A stretch of 42,368 nt of DNA, taken from Candidatus Hydrothermarchaeales archaeon (GTDB taxonomy: Archaea > Hydrothermarchaeota > Hydrothermarchaeia > Hydrothermarchaeales > SZUA-236). The DNA is taken from assembly GCA_046761145.1 (NCBI GenBank), contig JBHIFP010000002.1, positions 1 through 42,368 of the forward strand. The letters run 5' to 3'. Shown one piece after another: positions 1 through 10,647 of the stretch. Every line of letters begins with the position of its first letter. The first letter of the stretch is position 1. Both the position numbers and the translations under genes were made by a program. The notes under the pieces were generated by a model. That model was given only the letters and a program-made list of their open reading frames with translations, made no database searches and was not told the DNA's origin.

Positions 1-107
1 TTGTATTGGATTGTTGCCAATTGCAAAGAATATGGGAAATAGTTTCCCGATAGATTTGAAAGGAAACTCTAAAAAGCATGATAACGGAACAGGGGAAAAC
101 CACAACA

Positions 108-154
108 TTAATATACCTCTTTCTCAAAAATGATTAGCTACCAAAAAATGAGTT
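108..154 (+). promoter_or_regulatory. TATA box followed by two tandem 16-bp imperfect palindromes (candidate operators of the HTH-riboflavin kinase)
   Basis: TTAATATA at 108-115; TTCTCAAAAATGATTA (121-136) and TACCAAAAAATGAGTT (139-154) both fit TACTCA-N4-TGAGTA with 2-3 mismatches; 18-bp period; directly upstream of HTH-ribK. Confidence 0.55.
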
Positions 155-174
155 GATTTTTCAAGATAGTTGGA

Positions 175-849
175 GTGTCCAACATGGATCTAGTCACGCT
201 GATCACCCTCGCGAAGATAGGCGCCTACGAAAAGATGGTGGAGATATCCTCCAGCAAACTTGCATCGAAACTCGGAACCTCGCAACAAACCGCCTCGAGG
301 AAGGTGAAGGAACTCGAAGAAGAGGGTTACATAGAGCGCGAGATTTTGCCCAGAGGTCAGAGGGTCAAAATCACTCAGAAGGGAAACGATGCCTTGATGC
401 AGATATACAACGACTTGGACTGCGCCTTCGGAGAGAAGAGGGCCCAGACATACACGATCCAAGGCGTCCTCACCTCTGGTATAGAGGAGGGCAGGTACTA
501 CATGGAGAGAGAGGGCTACAGAAGGCAATTTATAGAGAAGCTCGGCTTCGACCCTTATCCCGGGACTTTGAATTTGAGGTTAAAGAGGGAGGACGATATC
601 AGGGCCAGGCGGAAACTCCAAACCTTGGAAGGCATAACCATAGAGGGCTTCACCCAAGACCACAGAACCTTCGGCTCAGCAAAATGTTTCAAAGCAAAGA
701 TTGAGGACGTTAACGGCGCCGTAATAATCCCGAAGAGGACCCACCATGGCTTCAACACCTTGGAGGTCATCGCCCCTGAAAAGATCAGGGATAAGATAAA
801 CGCCAAAGACGGAGACATCGTTACCGTAAGGGTCTCGATAGGTGAATGA
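175..849 (+). CDS. ribK: CTP-dependent riboflavin kinase with N-terminal winged-HTH (RbkR-type bifunctional regulator)
   Basis: N-terminal HTH ([24 protein letters not shown]); kinase motifs [29 protein letters not shown]; adjacent to ribB. Confidence 0.93.
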   Translation: MSNMDLVTLITLAKIGAYEKMVEISSSKLASKLGTSQQTASRKVKELEEEGYIEREILPRGQRVKITQKGNDALMQIYNDLDCAFGEKRAQTYTIQGVLTSGIEEGRYYMEREGYRRQFIEKLGFDPYPGTLNLRLKREDDIRARRKLQTLEGITIEGFTQDHRTFGSAKCFKAKIEDVNGAVIIPKRTHHGFNTLEVIAPEKIRDKINAKDGDIVTVRVSIGE

Positions 850-850
850 T

Positions 851-1564
851 ATGAACAGAGTAGAACGAGCAATGGAGGCATTGAGAGGAGGAGAGATCAT
901 CCTAATCTACGATGGGGAAGGCAGGGAAGAGGAGACCGACCTAGTTGTGGCAGGAGAATTTGCAACCCCCGAGCACATAAGGACTATGAGGAGGGATGGT
1001 GGAGGCCTCATCTGCACGGCGATACACCCAAAGATAGCCAAAGGGCTCAAGATACCCTTCTTGGTAGACGTCTGGAGGTATGCCACCCCGCATTACGACG
1101 TATTCGAAGGGTTGAAACCGAACGATATCCCCTACGATGAAAAGTCAGCATTCTCGATAACCATCAACCACAGGAAGACCTTCACCGGTATAACGGACAA
1201 TGATCGCTCCTTGACGATTAGAGAGTTCGCGAGGGTATCAGAGAACTCCTTGAACGGTTATGACCCCGAGGAGTTCGGGAGGAATTTTAGGTCCCCCGGA
1301 CACGTGGTGTTGCTCAGAGCTGCGGATGGTCTGTTGGATAGCAGGAAGGGCCATACCGAGCTCAGCGTAGCCATGGTGGAGATGGCGGGCCTGACGCCCG
1401 TGGCGGCGATCTGCGAGATGCTCGGCGATGATGGCAACTCCCTCAAAAAAGCGGATGCAGAGAGGTATGCCAGAGAGCGCGGCTTGGTCGCCCTCGAGGG
1501 CAAAGAGGTAATAGAAGAGTTTCTGAACGGGAAGAACGGGATAAGCGAAATGCGCCGATATTGA
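851..1564 (+). CDS. ribB: 3,4-dihydroxy-2-butanone 4-phosphate synthase, archaeal type
   Basis: [43 protein letters not shown]; ATG at 851 behind GGTGA. Confidence 0.95.
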   Translation: MNRVERAMEALRGGEIILIYDGEGREEETDLVVAGEFATPEHIRTMRRDGGGLICTAIHPKIAKGLKIPFLVDVWRYATPHYDVFEGLKPNDIPYDEKSAFSITINHRKTFTGITDNDRSLTIREFARVSENSLNGYDPEEFGRNFRSPGHVVLLRAADGLLDSRKGHTELSVAMVEMAGLTPVAAICEMLGDDGNSLKKADAERYARERGLVALEGKEVIEEFLNGKNGISEMRRY

Positions 1565-1578
1565 TCATTTGATTGGCC

Positions 1579-3258
1579 CTATTTTTCTTCCACGAAGATC
1601 GGGCTTTCGCTCAGAACGAGAATCACCTTTCCATCCTCTGCCTTCTTCGTTGTCTGGCTACCCGAGATGTCAGTGATCGAGACCTCGGTTGTGCTCACTC
1701 CCAACTCCATTGTTTCTCCGATATCGCCCCATAAAACGAAGACCGTTTTTCCGTCCACTATGAATCTGTATCGACCTTCTGCGATCTTCTCGACCGAGGT
1801 GAAGTGGTCTATCTTCTCGACCATCGTTTTAAAAGCGTAGAAGGTCGCCTGCTTTTCGTACTCGATGACCTCTGGCAGGAACTCCTTCGATTTGAACCCT
1901 CCCTTTGGGATGAGGAGCCAAGATTCGGGGTCGCCGGGGCTCATATCCAGCCCCACATAGAACAGCTTATCCACCCCTTCACCGAAGGCATAGACGAAAG
2001 CCCTCACTATGACCTCGGACCACTCCTCCGGAGAGAGGCTATCCCTTCCGAGCCCCCACGCCTTGAACTCCACCTCTGGTATCCAGATCGGCTTCTCTAT
2101 CTTGTTCCTCGTTAGGAAGGATTTCATCGAGGGTACTTGCAACTCCTCTCTACCGCTGATGGAGTGGTGGTTCATCACGTCTATATAAGATGCCCCTCCC
2201 ATGTCCATGACCTTCTGCCAAAATGCCTCCGCCTCGGGATCGAACCCAGCTATGCCTCCGTTCAATACCCTCGCCTCCGAATCGGCCTCCTTCACGGCCT
2301 CGTAGGTCGCCCTGAGCACATCAAAGTACTCCTCCGGGGTGCCATAGAAGAAGACGAGCTCCTTCATCGCCGGCTCATTTATGACCTCCCAATATTTTAC
2401 GGGATACTTCAATCCGGGCATGTCGTCCACGCCATCGCCGTCGTACCTCTCCACTATGCCTATAACGAAGTTTTTGTACGCCTCCATGTCGCAGGGTTTT
2501 TGTCTGTAATCCCCAAGCTCCCTGAAATCCTGGACCTTCGAGTACTCGAGCCTCGAATGGCATGCGCCCTGATCCCAATCGACGTAGGGCCATATCGTGG
2601 CCACCATGGTGATGTCGTAATCCTGCAAGAGCTTTACCTCATCATCGGCCTCCTTGAAATCCAGCATTCCTTTCTCGGGCTCGATCCTGGACCAGATGAA
2701 GGGGCCCGGATGGGGCCTCGCCCAGTGGACGTTGAGCTCCATCGCCTCTTTCAAGGCCTTCTCGGGATGCATGAAACCGAAGTGCGACCCCTCGAATTCC
2801 GATGCCTTGACGTTTAGGTAAACCTTCTCCCTATTATCCACATGCGCCTGCTTCGTTTGATCCCTGTCCGAACCGGCTATGATGGAGACCCTCTGCCCCG
2901 ACAGTAGCCCCCATGGATCTATTTTTACGTACATCATCCTGTTGCCTTCAACTCTGAGATATTCCTGCTCCTCGAGCGAAAGGAGCTGTTGCACTATCTC
3001 GCCGACGCCTTCATACGCATCTGGTCCACCGAGTATCACGATGAACTTCTCGTTCTTGTATTGCTCGAAATCAGCTGCTGTAACATGTATAGTTTCCATG
3101 CCCTTATTCTTCAAAAATTCAAAAAAATCCGGGGCCAGATCGTGGTCGATGGAATTTGCGAGAACCGCTATCCTGGGTTTATTCTGTAGCGCTGTTACAG
3201 CGCTAGGCGCGTTCAACAATATCAAGGCCAATAGAACAAGATATTTTATACCTCTCAT
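1579..3258 (-). CDS. Secreted clan GH-A (GH39/GH5-like) glycoside hydrolase with an N-terminal S-layer-like domain
   Basis: Signal peptide; N-terminal LANSID...IVILGGPDAYEG domain; VERYDGDG, YWEVINEP (acid/base), KPIWIPE (nucleophile). Confidence 0.7.
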   Translation of the reverse strand: MRGIKYLVLLALILLNAPSAVTALQNKPRIAVLANSIDHDLAPDFFEFLKNKGMETIHVTAADFEQYKNEKFIVILGGPDAYEGVGEIVQQLLSLEEQEYLRVEGNRMMYVKIDPWGLLSGQRVSIIAGSDRDQTKQAHVDNREKVYLNVKASEFEGSHFGFMHPEKALKEAMELNVHWARPHPGPFIWSRIEPEKGMLDFKEADDEVKLLQDYDITMVATIWPYVDWDQGACHSRLEYSKVQDFRELGDYRQKPCDMEAYKNFVIGIVERYDGDGVDDMPGLKYPVKYWEVINEPAMKELVFFYGTPEEYFDVLRATYEAVKEADSEARVLNGGIAGFDPEAEAFWQKVMDMGGASYIDVMNHHSISGREELQVPSMKSFLTRNKIEKPIWIPEVEFKAWGLGRDSLSPEEWSEVIVRAFVYAFGEGVDKLFYVGLDMSPGDPESWLLIPKGGFKSKEFLPEVIEYEKQATFYAFKTMVEKIDHFTSVEKIAEGRYRFIVDGKTVFVLWGDIGETMELGVSTTEVSITDISGSQTTKKAEDGKVILVLSESPIFVEEK

Positions 3259-3387
3259 TTTACCTCCTTCTTAATAATGAGATGCCTAAATATTTAATAT
3301 TGTCCTTCTTGTGGATCCCATGCCCTCTGGAAAAACTTTATATTTGAGCATCTTTAGAGTAGAACTAAATTTATTTAGGGTGGTCAT

Positions 3388-4302
3388 ATGCCGATTGAGA
3401 AGGTCGACAAAATCTGGATGAATGGAGGGCTCATCGATTGGGACGACGCCAAGATACACATCTTGACCCATGCCTTGCATTATGGTTCGGGCGTTTTTGA
3501 GGGTATCAGGTGCTATAAGACCAAAGATGGACCTGCCGTTTTTAGGCACAAAGAGCACATGCAGCGCCTCCACAACAGCGCCAAGATATACTACATGGAG
3601 ATCCCATACTCCGTGGACGAGTTACGCGACGCTACGAAAGATTTGATCCGGGCCAATAAATTGGAGGAATGCTACATAAGGCCCATAGTCTATAGGGGTT
3701 ATGGCGAGATGGGCCTCAACCCACTGAACGCCCCCATCGACGTCGCCATAGCCGTCTGGCCATGGGGCGCCTATCTGGGAGAAGAGGGGATAAGGAAGGG
3801 CATAAGGGCCAAGATCTCTTCCTTCCAGAGGATAACTCCGAACACCTTTCCCCCTCTAGCAAAGTGCACAGGACAGTACGTGAATTCCATCCTCGCGAAG
3901 TTGGAATCCCTGCAGGCGGGCTTTGACGAGGCCATAGTGCTGGATTATCGGGGCTTCATCTCCGAAGGTCCGGGGGAGAACATCTTCATGGTGAAGGACG
4001 GGAAGATCTTTACCACGCCCGAGCACGCCAGCATCCTCGTGGGTATCACCAGGGATACCGTCATAAAGATAGCGACGGACTTGGGTTATGAGGTTAAGGA
4101 AACCGACATAACGAGGGGGCAACTTTACTTGGCGGACGAGGTCTTCTTCACCGGCACGGCTGCCGAGATCACCCCGATAAGGGAGATAGATGGGATAGAG
4201 ATAGGGAAGCCAGGGCCCATAACCAGGGCCATCCAGGATAAGTTCTATACCATAATAAAGGGCGATGACGATAACTACAAAGATTGGTTGGATTACGTGT
4301 AG
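3388..4302 (+). CDS. ilvE: Branched-chain amino acid aminotransferase
   Basis: HALHYGSGVFEGIRCY, YIRP, EGPGENIF, ILVGITR, FFTGTAAEITP. Confidence 0.96.
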   Translation: MPIEKVDKIWMNGGLIDWDDAKIHILTHALHYGSGVFEGIRCYKTKDGPAVFRHKEHMQRLHNSAKIYYMEIPYSVDELRDATKDLIRANKLEECYIRPIVYRGYGEMGLNPLNAPIDVAIAVWPWGAYLGEEGIRKGIRAKISSFQRITPNTFPPLAKCTGQYVNSILAKLESLQAGFDEAIVLDYRGFISEGPGENIFMVKDGKIFTTPEHASILVGITRDTVIKIATDLGYEVKETDITRGQLYLADEVFFTGTAAEITPIREIDGIEIGKPGPITRAIQDKFYTIIKGDDDNYKDWLDYV

Positions 4303-4317
4303 TCTCGCTTTGGATCC

Positions 4318-5016
4318 TTACCCCCGCTCCAACACCCCGGATTTGATCAAGATAATAGAAGCGGCTATCGACAACACTACTACGAGAATCAAGGTCCGAG
4401 GGGCTTTCCACAACGATTCGGGTTGAGCCTCTGTTACTGGGGGGGTTGTCGTGGCGGGAGGGGTGGTTGTTGAGGGAGGAGCTGTAGGAGCTATAGCCGT
4501 CGTCGTAGGTGGAGAAGTGGCCGCCATTAGTGGAGGAGGAGTGGTCGTCGGAGCGCTGGTCGCCGGAGGAGCTGTCGAGGGCTGGCTCGCCTTACTTGGC
4601 TCTACGAACAACGTTATGAAGGCCTTTCCATAACCTCCCGCGGCTATGCTCTTGTTGTAGTCGAATACCACGCTGTTCTCCTTGATCTCCTTGGGCTCGA
4701 TGATGTCGTTCCCCAACGCAACCAGAGTTAGATCGTCGAAGCTCGACCGGAACCTCACCTCCACGTCATAAACTCCGGATATATTGTAGGGATTGTTGTT
4801 CCCAAAGGAGACGATGTATTGGTCCGAGTTCGGCCATGAGAGGAACATCGTGACGTTGTTCGGTAGCTCTTTCCTACAGATGTTGAAATTCTCCTTGCAT
4901 ATGTCGAAGAAAGATACGAATGTCGGTGGCAGCCCTTGAGTCGAGAATGCATCGATCGGTTGGACATTCAGAATTCCCAGACAAAGGATAACCAATAGAA
5001 AAGCCATTCCCTTCAT
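4318..5016 (-). CDS. Secreted/membrane-anchored surface protein with Pro/Thr-rich stalk
   Basis: Signal peptide, beta-rich core, P/T/A low-complexity linker, C-terminal hydrophobic helix. Confidence 0.75.
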   Translation of the reverse strand: MKGMAFLLVILCLGILNVQPIDAFSTQGLPPTFVSFFDICKENFNICRKELPNNVTMFLSWPNSDQYIVSFGNNNPYNISGVYDVEVRFRSSFDDLTLVALGNDIIEPKEIKENSVVFDYNKSIAAGGYGKAFITLFVEPSKASQPSTAPPATSAPTTTPPPLMAATSPPTTTAIAPTAPPSTTTPPATTTPPVTEAQPESLWKAPRTLILVVVLSIAASIILIKSGVLERG

Positions 5017-5073
5017 TTGCTCTCTCTCCTGCGCATCGATTAAAATGAGGTCGAAAGGGCAACCTCCTATGCC

Positions 5074-5487
5074 CTATGATCTCCTCAGAGGACTTGGTCC
5101 GAGTTTCTTGACGGTATCCGTCAGCTCTCTCACAGTATTTGCAAAATCCTCGCCTTCAGAAGCGGAGATCCACGTCAAGAGTAGCCTCTCCTTCTCTATA
5201 CCGAGGTCTTCCAGCACTTCCTTTATCAACTTGACCCTTCGCTCTGCTTTGTAATTCCCCGTCGCGTAGTGGCAATCCCCGGGATGGCACCCAGCCACGA
5301 GCACGCCATCTGCACCCTCTGCAAAGGCCTTGAGGATGAAGGCCGGGCTTATCCTGCCCGTACACATGAGCCTTATGATGCGTATGCCAGGGGGGTACTG
5401 CATCCTGCTCGTCCCTGCCATATCCGCCCCTGCGTAAGAACACCAGTTGCACAAAAATCCAATGATCTTTGGTTCGAAATCCGCCAA
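5074..5487 (-). CDS. mvhD: F420-non-reducing hydrogenase iron-sulfur subunit D (MvhD/FlpD, 2Fe-2S)
   Basis: [42 protein letters not shown]; start TTG 5487 (or GTG 5496 overlapping the hdrA stop). Confidence 0.93.
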   Translation of the reverse strand: MADFEPKIIGFLCNWCSYAGADMAGTSRMQYPPGIRIIRLMCTGRISPAFILKAFAEGADGVLVAGCHPGDCHYATGNYKAERRVKLIKEVLEDLGIEKERLLLTWISASEGEDFANTVRELTDTVKKLGPSPLRRS

Positions 5488-5492
5488 GAACT

Positions 5493-7472
5493 TCACTCCT
5501 CCAACTCTTCGACAAATGCCGCGCGTATCTGGGGGTATATCTGATCGTCTTTGAAATGCCTTATCTGAATCGCCCCGGTCGGGCAACCGCCGGCACAAGA
5601 ACCGCAACCTTTACATAAGGCCTCATTCACCCTGGCTATACGATCTTTGATCTCTATTGCGCCGAAATCGCACACCCGCTCGCAGATCCTACATCCGATG
5701 CAGATATCTTCATCCACAGTCGCCACGATGGGTTCTATCTCGATCTCCCTCCGGCTCAGGGGTATACTCGCCCTAGAGGCGGCGGCGCTGCCTTGGGCAA
5801 CTACGTCTGGGATATCCTTGGGGCCTTGTGCGGTGCCTGCCAGATAGACGCCATCGATCAGAGTATCCACGGGTCTCAATTTCGGATGGGCCTCCAAGAA
5901 AAAGCCATCTGCGCTCCTGGAAAGCCCCAGCAATTTCTGGGTAACATCGACGTCGCGAGGAGGCTCCATTCCCACCGAGAGCACGACCAGATCGAGGTTC
6001 ACCTCTATGACCTTGCCGAGCAAGCTGTCCTCGACCACCATCCTGAGGTTCTTCGTCTCTTGGTCTTCCAAGATTTCTGCAGGCCTGCCCCTGACGAACT
6101 TGATGCCGTATTCCTCTTGGGCGGCCTTATAAAACTCCTCGTAACCCTTTCCGAAGGTGCGGATATCCATGTAGAAGATGTAAATCTCGGCATCTGGATG
6201 CTTCTCTTTATAGAGGCGGGCGTTCTTTATGGCGTACATACAGCATACGCGAGAGCAGTACCTATTCGTCTTCTCATCCCTAGAACCAACGCACTGGATA
6301 AAGCCCATGCTCTTCGGTTCTTTGCCATCCGATGGCCTCAGGAGTTTGCCGCCTGTCGGACCGGAGGCGCTGATGAACCTCTCGAATTCCAGACCATCGA
6401 TGATGTTGTCGTAAATGCCATAACCGTACTCTTCCTTTCTCGCGGCATCGAAGACCCCATAACCGGTGGCCACGATTATCGTCCCGACTTCCAAATCCAC
6501 CTCTTCCGGCTCTTGATCGAAGTCTATCGCCTCGAGCTCGCATACCGCAGTACACATCCCGCACCCTATACAACGATCCTTGTCTATAGTATAAGTCAAG
6601 GGAACGGCCTGGGGAAATGGAACGTAGATCGCCTTTCTTATACCCAACCCTAGATCGAATTCATTTGGGGCCTCGATGGGACAAGGAGATACGCATAGTT
6701 CACATGCGGTGCATTTCTCCTCTATGACGAATCTCGGCTTCTTCTCAACCTTGACCTTGAAATTTCCTATGTATCCCTCGACGGATTTGACCTCGGAATA
6801 GGTGAGCAGCTCGATATTCGGGTGCCTCGAGACATCCACCATCTTCGGAGTTAGAATACATGACGAACAGTCCATGGTGGGGAAGGTCTTGTCGAGGCGC
6901 GCCATATTCCCCCCGATGGAGAGATCCTTCTCCACCAGATAGACCTTGAAGCCCATATCCGCGAGGTCCAATGCCGCCTGGATTCCGGCTATCCCTGCGC
7001 CTATAACAAGGGCGTTGGTGATGACCCTCGCCTTGGCCTTCTCCTGAGGTTCCAAACCCCTAGCCCTAGCTACCGCCATCCTTATGAGATCTTTTGACTT
7101 TTTCGCCGCTTTCTTCGGCTCTTTCATGTGGACCCAAGTGCAGTGCTCCCTGATATTCGCCATATCGCAGAGGTACGGATTTAGATCAGCTTCCCTACAA
7201 GCCTTCCTGAATGTGGGCTCGTGCAACCTCGGCGAACAGGCGGCCACCACGATTCTATTCAAGCCGTGCTCCTCAATGGCCTCCTTTATCATGCTTTGTC
7301 CGGGTTCGGAGCAGACATAGCGATAATCCGTGGCAAAGACCACGTTCTTCAATCTCTTGGAATACTCGGTGACCTCCTTGACATCTATCACGCCGGCGAT
7401 GTTGGTGCCACAATGACAGACGAATACGCCGATTCTGGGCTCTTCTTCTCGGTGCACTTCCTCCTCGACCAT
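5493..7472 (-). CDS. hdrA: Heterodisulfide reductase flavoprotein subunit A
   Basis: [61 protein letters not shown], ferredoxin CxxCxxC motifs; ATG 7472 behind GGAGG. Confidence 0.96.
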   Translation of the reverse strand: MVEEEVHREEEPRIGVFVCHCGTNIAGVIDVKEVTEYSKRLKNVVFATDYRYVCSEPGQSMIKEAIEEHGLNRIVVAACSPRLHEPTFRKACREADLNPYLCDMANIREHCTWVHMKEPKKAAKKSKDLIRMAVARARGLEPQEKAKARVITNALVIGAGIAGIQAALDLADMGFKVYLVEKDLSIGGNMARLDKTFPTMDCSSCILTPKMVDVSRHPNIELLTYSEVKSVEGYIGNFKVKVEKKPRFVIEEKCTACELCVSPCPIEAPNEFDLGLGIRKAIYVPFPQAVPLTYTIDKDRCIGCGMCTAVCELEAIDFDQEPEEVDLEVGTIIVATGYGVFDAARKEEYGYGIYDNIIDGLEFERFISASGPTGGKLLRPSDGKEPKSMGFIQCVGSRDEKTNRYCSRVCCMYAIKNARLYKEKHPDAEIYIFYMDIRTFGKGYEEFYKAAQEEYGIKFVRGRPAEILEDQETKNLRMVVEDSLLGKVIEVNLDLVVLSVGMEPPRDVDVTQKLLGLSRSADGFFLEAHPKLRPVDTLIDGVYLAGTAQGPKDIPDVVAQGSAAASRASIPLSRREIEIEPIVATVDEDICIGCRICERVCDFGAIEIKDRIARVNEALCKGCGSCAGGCPTGAIQIRHFKDDQIYPQIRAAFVEELEE

Positions 7473-7954
7473 TATGTATCCTCCACAACTAGATGACAAA
7501 GTTGGCAAACTATTTTAAGTTTTTCTATTATCTCTATAAATTTGCCATGAAGAACCAAACCTTAAAAATGCACCAAAGTTTTTATTCAGAAAATTTTAAA
7601 TACCAGAAAAGAACAATAGCGGTCGGGAAAGTGGGATATAGAGTCAGGAGAGAGAAAGGTGGTAGTCCCACGTAGCAAAGAGGGCCTCATAATAGGATTA
7701 GTGATAGGGCTGTTGTTTCTGATATTGGCGTCGAGGTTCACATAGATCCGTATCCCACTGAATATCTGGCTTCTATCCATGCTATCTTACTTTACCGGCC
7801 CTCTCGATATTGGGCTCTCACGATCTCTTTGGGCGCTTTACGGAAAATCGTCCGTGTTTTGGGTTGTTGCACTTTCATAGCGACGCCGCAAAATTATTAG
7901 TAAAGTAAAGGTCATACCAGTAATGAACGTAGAAGAATGTGAAGGAGGGATAGT

Positions 7955-8479
7955 ATGTCCTTTTCCTCGCGCCTAAATAGAGTCGGGCAGTTGTGGTTTG
8001 CGACCATGAAGATGGCAACAGAACTGAAAAGAGAAGGCATCGAAACGGACCTTTCTAAGTTGAAAATGTCGAAGATGATCTTGAACCAGTGTAAGAGCGA
8101 TCGCCACCCCCACATGGATGCATTGATGGATGCCGACGAGATGATAACCGATGTCCAAAAAGATCTATTCATCGCCGCAGAGCCCCTCGGTCGCGATTTT
8201 ATATCCAAGTGGGAGGAAGAGTTCAAGGAGGTCAGGGAGGGGAGGAGCTCATATATATTTCCGACCCCGAGTAGCAGGTTCATTCCAGGACTGCCGCGGG
8301 ATAAGAATTGGGTGAGGGTAGATATATCCGGTATCCTTGAACCAGATGAGATGGAGGATATCGCCAGATCGTGTGGAACAAAGATCCAAAGACGAGATGG
8401 AGGATATGTACTCATTACAGGATCAAGAGCGGCGATGAAGAAGACCTTGGATGCGATTTCTGAAAAGTTGAAGGAGTAA
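7955..8479 (+). CDS. Conserved archaeal protein, DUF2096-like
   Basis: N-terminal W..M..EL..EG helix and FIPGLPR-D-WVRV motif; RBS GGAGG. Confidence 0.65.
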   Translation: MSFSSRLNRVGQLWFATMKMATELKREGIETDLSKLKMSKMILNQCKSDRHPHMDALMDADEMITDVQKDLFIAAEPLGRDFISKWEEEFKEVREGRSSYIFPTPSSRFIPGLPRDKNWVRVDISGILEPDEMEDIARSCGTKIQRRDGGYVLITGSRAAMKKTLDAISEKLKE

Positions 8480-8491
8480 TGGAAAAGATCA

Positions 8492-9523
8492 TCAGTATTT
8501 CCTCCTGACCAAAAACATCGCGAGTTCTGTAAGTTTGTCCATGGCCTCATTTTTTATCCCGACGTTGGACAACTCCTTCAAGGCTTCATCCTCGTATCTT
8601 TTTGCCATATCTTGGGAATATTCGTACGATCCCACACCGTGAAGAATGTCGAGCACGGCCTTGACATCGTCGTCGTCCAATCCCTCTTTTTTGTATATCC
8701 CTTGCATGACCTTGCATTGTTCTTTTGAGGATTTTTCAAAGGCGTAAATTACCGGAAGGGTCTTCTTTTTATTCCTGATATCGCTCGCCTTCGGCTTGCC
8801 CGTGCTCTCGGATTTCTCCCAGACGCCTATGATATCATCTCTGATCTGAAATGCTATACCTATCCTTCTCCCAAAGTTTTTGAAGTGCTTTATGACCCCT
8901 TCATCCTCGGTTGCGAGGAGCGCGCCGATATGAGTCGATGCCTCGATCAAAGTAGCGGTCTTTCTGGAGATCATGTCGAGGTACATGTCCGTGGTTACGT
9001 CCATCGCGTCTTCGAAACTCATGTCCAGGTGTTGCCCCTCGCACAGCGCCATAACGGTCTCATTCAGGATCTTGAGTACATCGACTATCCTAGAATCGCT
9101 TACGTTTCTGTCCCTTAGGCGGAGAGCCGCCAGATTTGCAAGGACGTGCATCCCGTCCCCGGTATTGATCCCCTGTGCCTCCCCCCATAGCTTCCAAACG
9201 GCGGGTTTATGCCTCCTGGTGGTATCCCTATCCTCTATATCGTCGTGGATTAGAGAGAAGTTGTGTATCAGTTCTATCGCCGCAGCAGCCGGCAGGGCTT
9301 TGTCATATACGCCGCTCAATGCATTATAAGTCAGAAGACAGAGGGTGGGCCTAAAGCGCTTCCCCCCATACTGCCTTGTTCGTTTAAAATCTTCATCTAG
9401 CCAACCAAGGTGATACTGCATCATATTATAGAGTTGTGATGGAAATTGGTAACCCTTGAAGAGTTCCTTGATCTCCCCATCGATCATCTCTAAATGCTCA
9501 TTTAGAATCTCTTCAACCTTCAT
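8492..9523 (-). CDS. idsA: Short-chain polyprenyl diphosphate (GGPP) synthase
   Basis: GGKRFRP, FSLIHDDIED...RR (aromatic at -5 of FARM), GQHLD, KTA, FQIRDD. Confidence 0.88.
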   Translation of the reverse strand: MKVEEILNEHLEMIDGEIKELFKGYQFPSQLYNMMQYHLGWLDEDFKRTRQYGGKRFRPTLCLLTYNALSGVYDKALPAAAAIELIHNFSLIHDDIEDRDTTRRHKPAVWKLWGEAQGINTGDGMHVLANLAALRLRDRNVSDSRIVDVLKILNETVMALCEGQHLDMSFEDAMDVTTDMYLDMISRKTATLIEASTHIGALLATEDEGVIKHFKNFGRRIGIAFQIRDDIIGVWEKSESTGKPKASDIRNKKKTLPVIYAFEKSSKEQCKVMQGIYKKEGLDDDDVKAVLDILHGVGSYEYSQDMAKRYEDEALKELSNVGIKNEAMDKLTELAMFLVRRKY

Positions 9524-9533
9524 AGCTATACCG

Positions 9534-10523
9534 CTAAAATTTCCTACTTATGATATAATCGGCGATCTTCTCCAAGGCCTCTTTGGCTTCAGACTCCTTC
9601 AAGGGCTTCAACTCTTTTTTGGCCCTTTCAACAAAGGATTTCGCTCTCTCCAAGGCATAATCGATGGATTTCGTCTTTTCGATTATCTCTAGGACAGTTT
9701 GGATCTCTTCTTCACTATTCCCGCCCTTTCGTACGATCTCCTCCAATCGCCTTCTATTATCGTCACTGGAATTCTTGAGGGCGTGGAGGGTAGGGAGGGT
9801 TACCTTTCCCAAGCTAATGTCCATGCCTACCCGCTTTCCCAACTTCTTCTCATCGGCAACTACGTCGAGCACATCATCCGTAATCTGAAACCCTATTCCA
9901 AGGAGGTATCCAAATCTCGAGAGGGCGTCTATTTCCCCTTTCGATCCATTGCCCAGTATTGCGCCGCATTTGGTACACGCTCCAAAAAGGGAGGCGGTCT
10001 TCCTTTCGATTATCTCGAGATAGACCTCTTCGGTCATGGTCGTGTCGTTGATATGGATCGCCTCCAGTAGTTCTCCCTCTGAAAGCTTCATACAGGTATC
10101 AAATATAATCCTGCTCATCTCCCGATTCTCATGGGTACCTACCAACCCAAAGGCCTTTGAGAAGATGAGATCCCCTGCCAATATTGCCGTGTCGTCCCCC
10201 CACTTCGCGTTGACGGTCTTGACCCCCCTCCTGATGGAACTCTTATCGATGATATCGTCGTGTATCATCGTTGCGGTGTGTATCAATTCCACGGCGATTG
10301 CAATGGGGGCTACATATCCGATGTCCCCACTGTTGTGATCCGTTGCGGCGAAAGAGAGGGCGACGAGGGTGGGTCTGATGCGCTTTCCTCCCGTCTTTGT
10401 GAGGTGTCTGGATGCATCGTACAAAGATGTGGGATGGGATCTAGGGATGCTTGAAGCCAGCTCCTTGTTGAGAAGATCAATATCCTTTTTAAAACCTCCA
10501 AGGAACTCCCAGAATTTTTCCAT
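9534..10523 (-). CDS. Long-chain trans-polyprenyl diphosphate synthase
   Basis: GGKRIRP, ATMIHDDIID...RRG (Ala at -5 of FARM), KTASLF, FQITDDVLD. Confidence 0.88.
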   Translation of the reverse strand: MEKFWEFLGGFKKDIDLLNKELASSIPRSHPTSLYDASRHLTKTGGKRIRPTLVALSFAATDHNSGDIGYVAPIAIAVELIHTATMIHDDIIDKSSIRRGVKTVNAKWGDDTAILAGDLIFSKAFGLVGTHENREMSRIIFDTCMKLSEGELLEAIHINDTTMTEEVYLEIIERKTASLFGACTKCGAILGNGSKGEIDALSRFGYLLGIGFQITDDVLDVVADEKKLGKRVGMDISLGKVTLPTLHALKNSSDDNRRRLEEIVRKGGNSEEEIQTVLEIIEKTKSIDYALERAKSFVERAKKELKPLKESEAKEALEKIADYIISRKF

Positions 10524-10647
10524 GATCTTGCCCCTAAGGCTCTCTGATATTTTCGCTCATATATGCCATACCATATTTAAATATTCCTTGTCTCGGTAAG
10601 ACTTAAGTACCATCAAAACACGATAAGATGTCCCCAGGAGACGAGAG

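Noticed and set aside
4425-4590. Low-complexity G-rich stretch
   Set aside because: Explained by the Pro/Thr linker of the minus-strand surface protein
5497-5607. Upstream extension of mvhD
   Set aside because: Lies inside hdrA in another frame
5793-6653. Long antisense ORFs (also 2137-2817, 7912-8550, 15928-16767)
   Set aside because: Antisense shadows of well-supported genes
7501-7510. SurR-type site upstream of hdrA
   Set aside because: GTT-N4-AAC does not match the GTT-N3-AAC spacing
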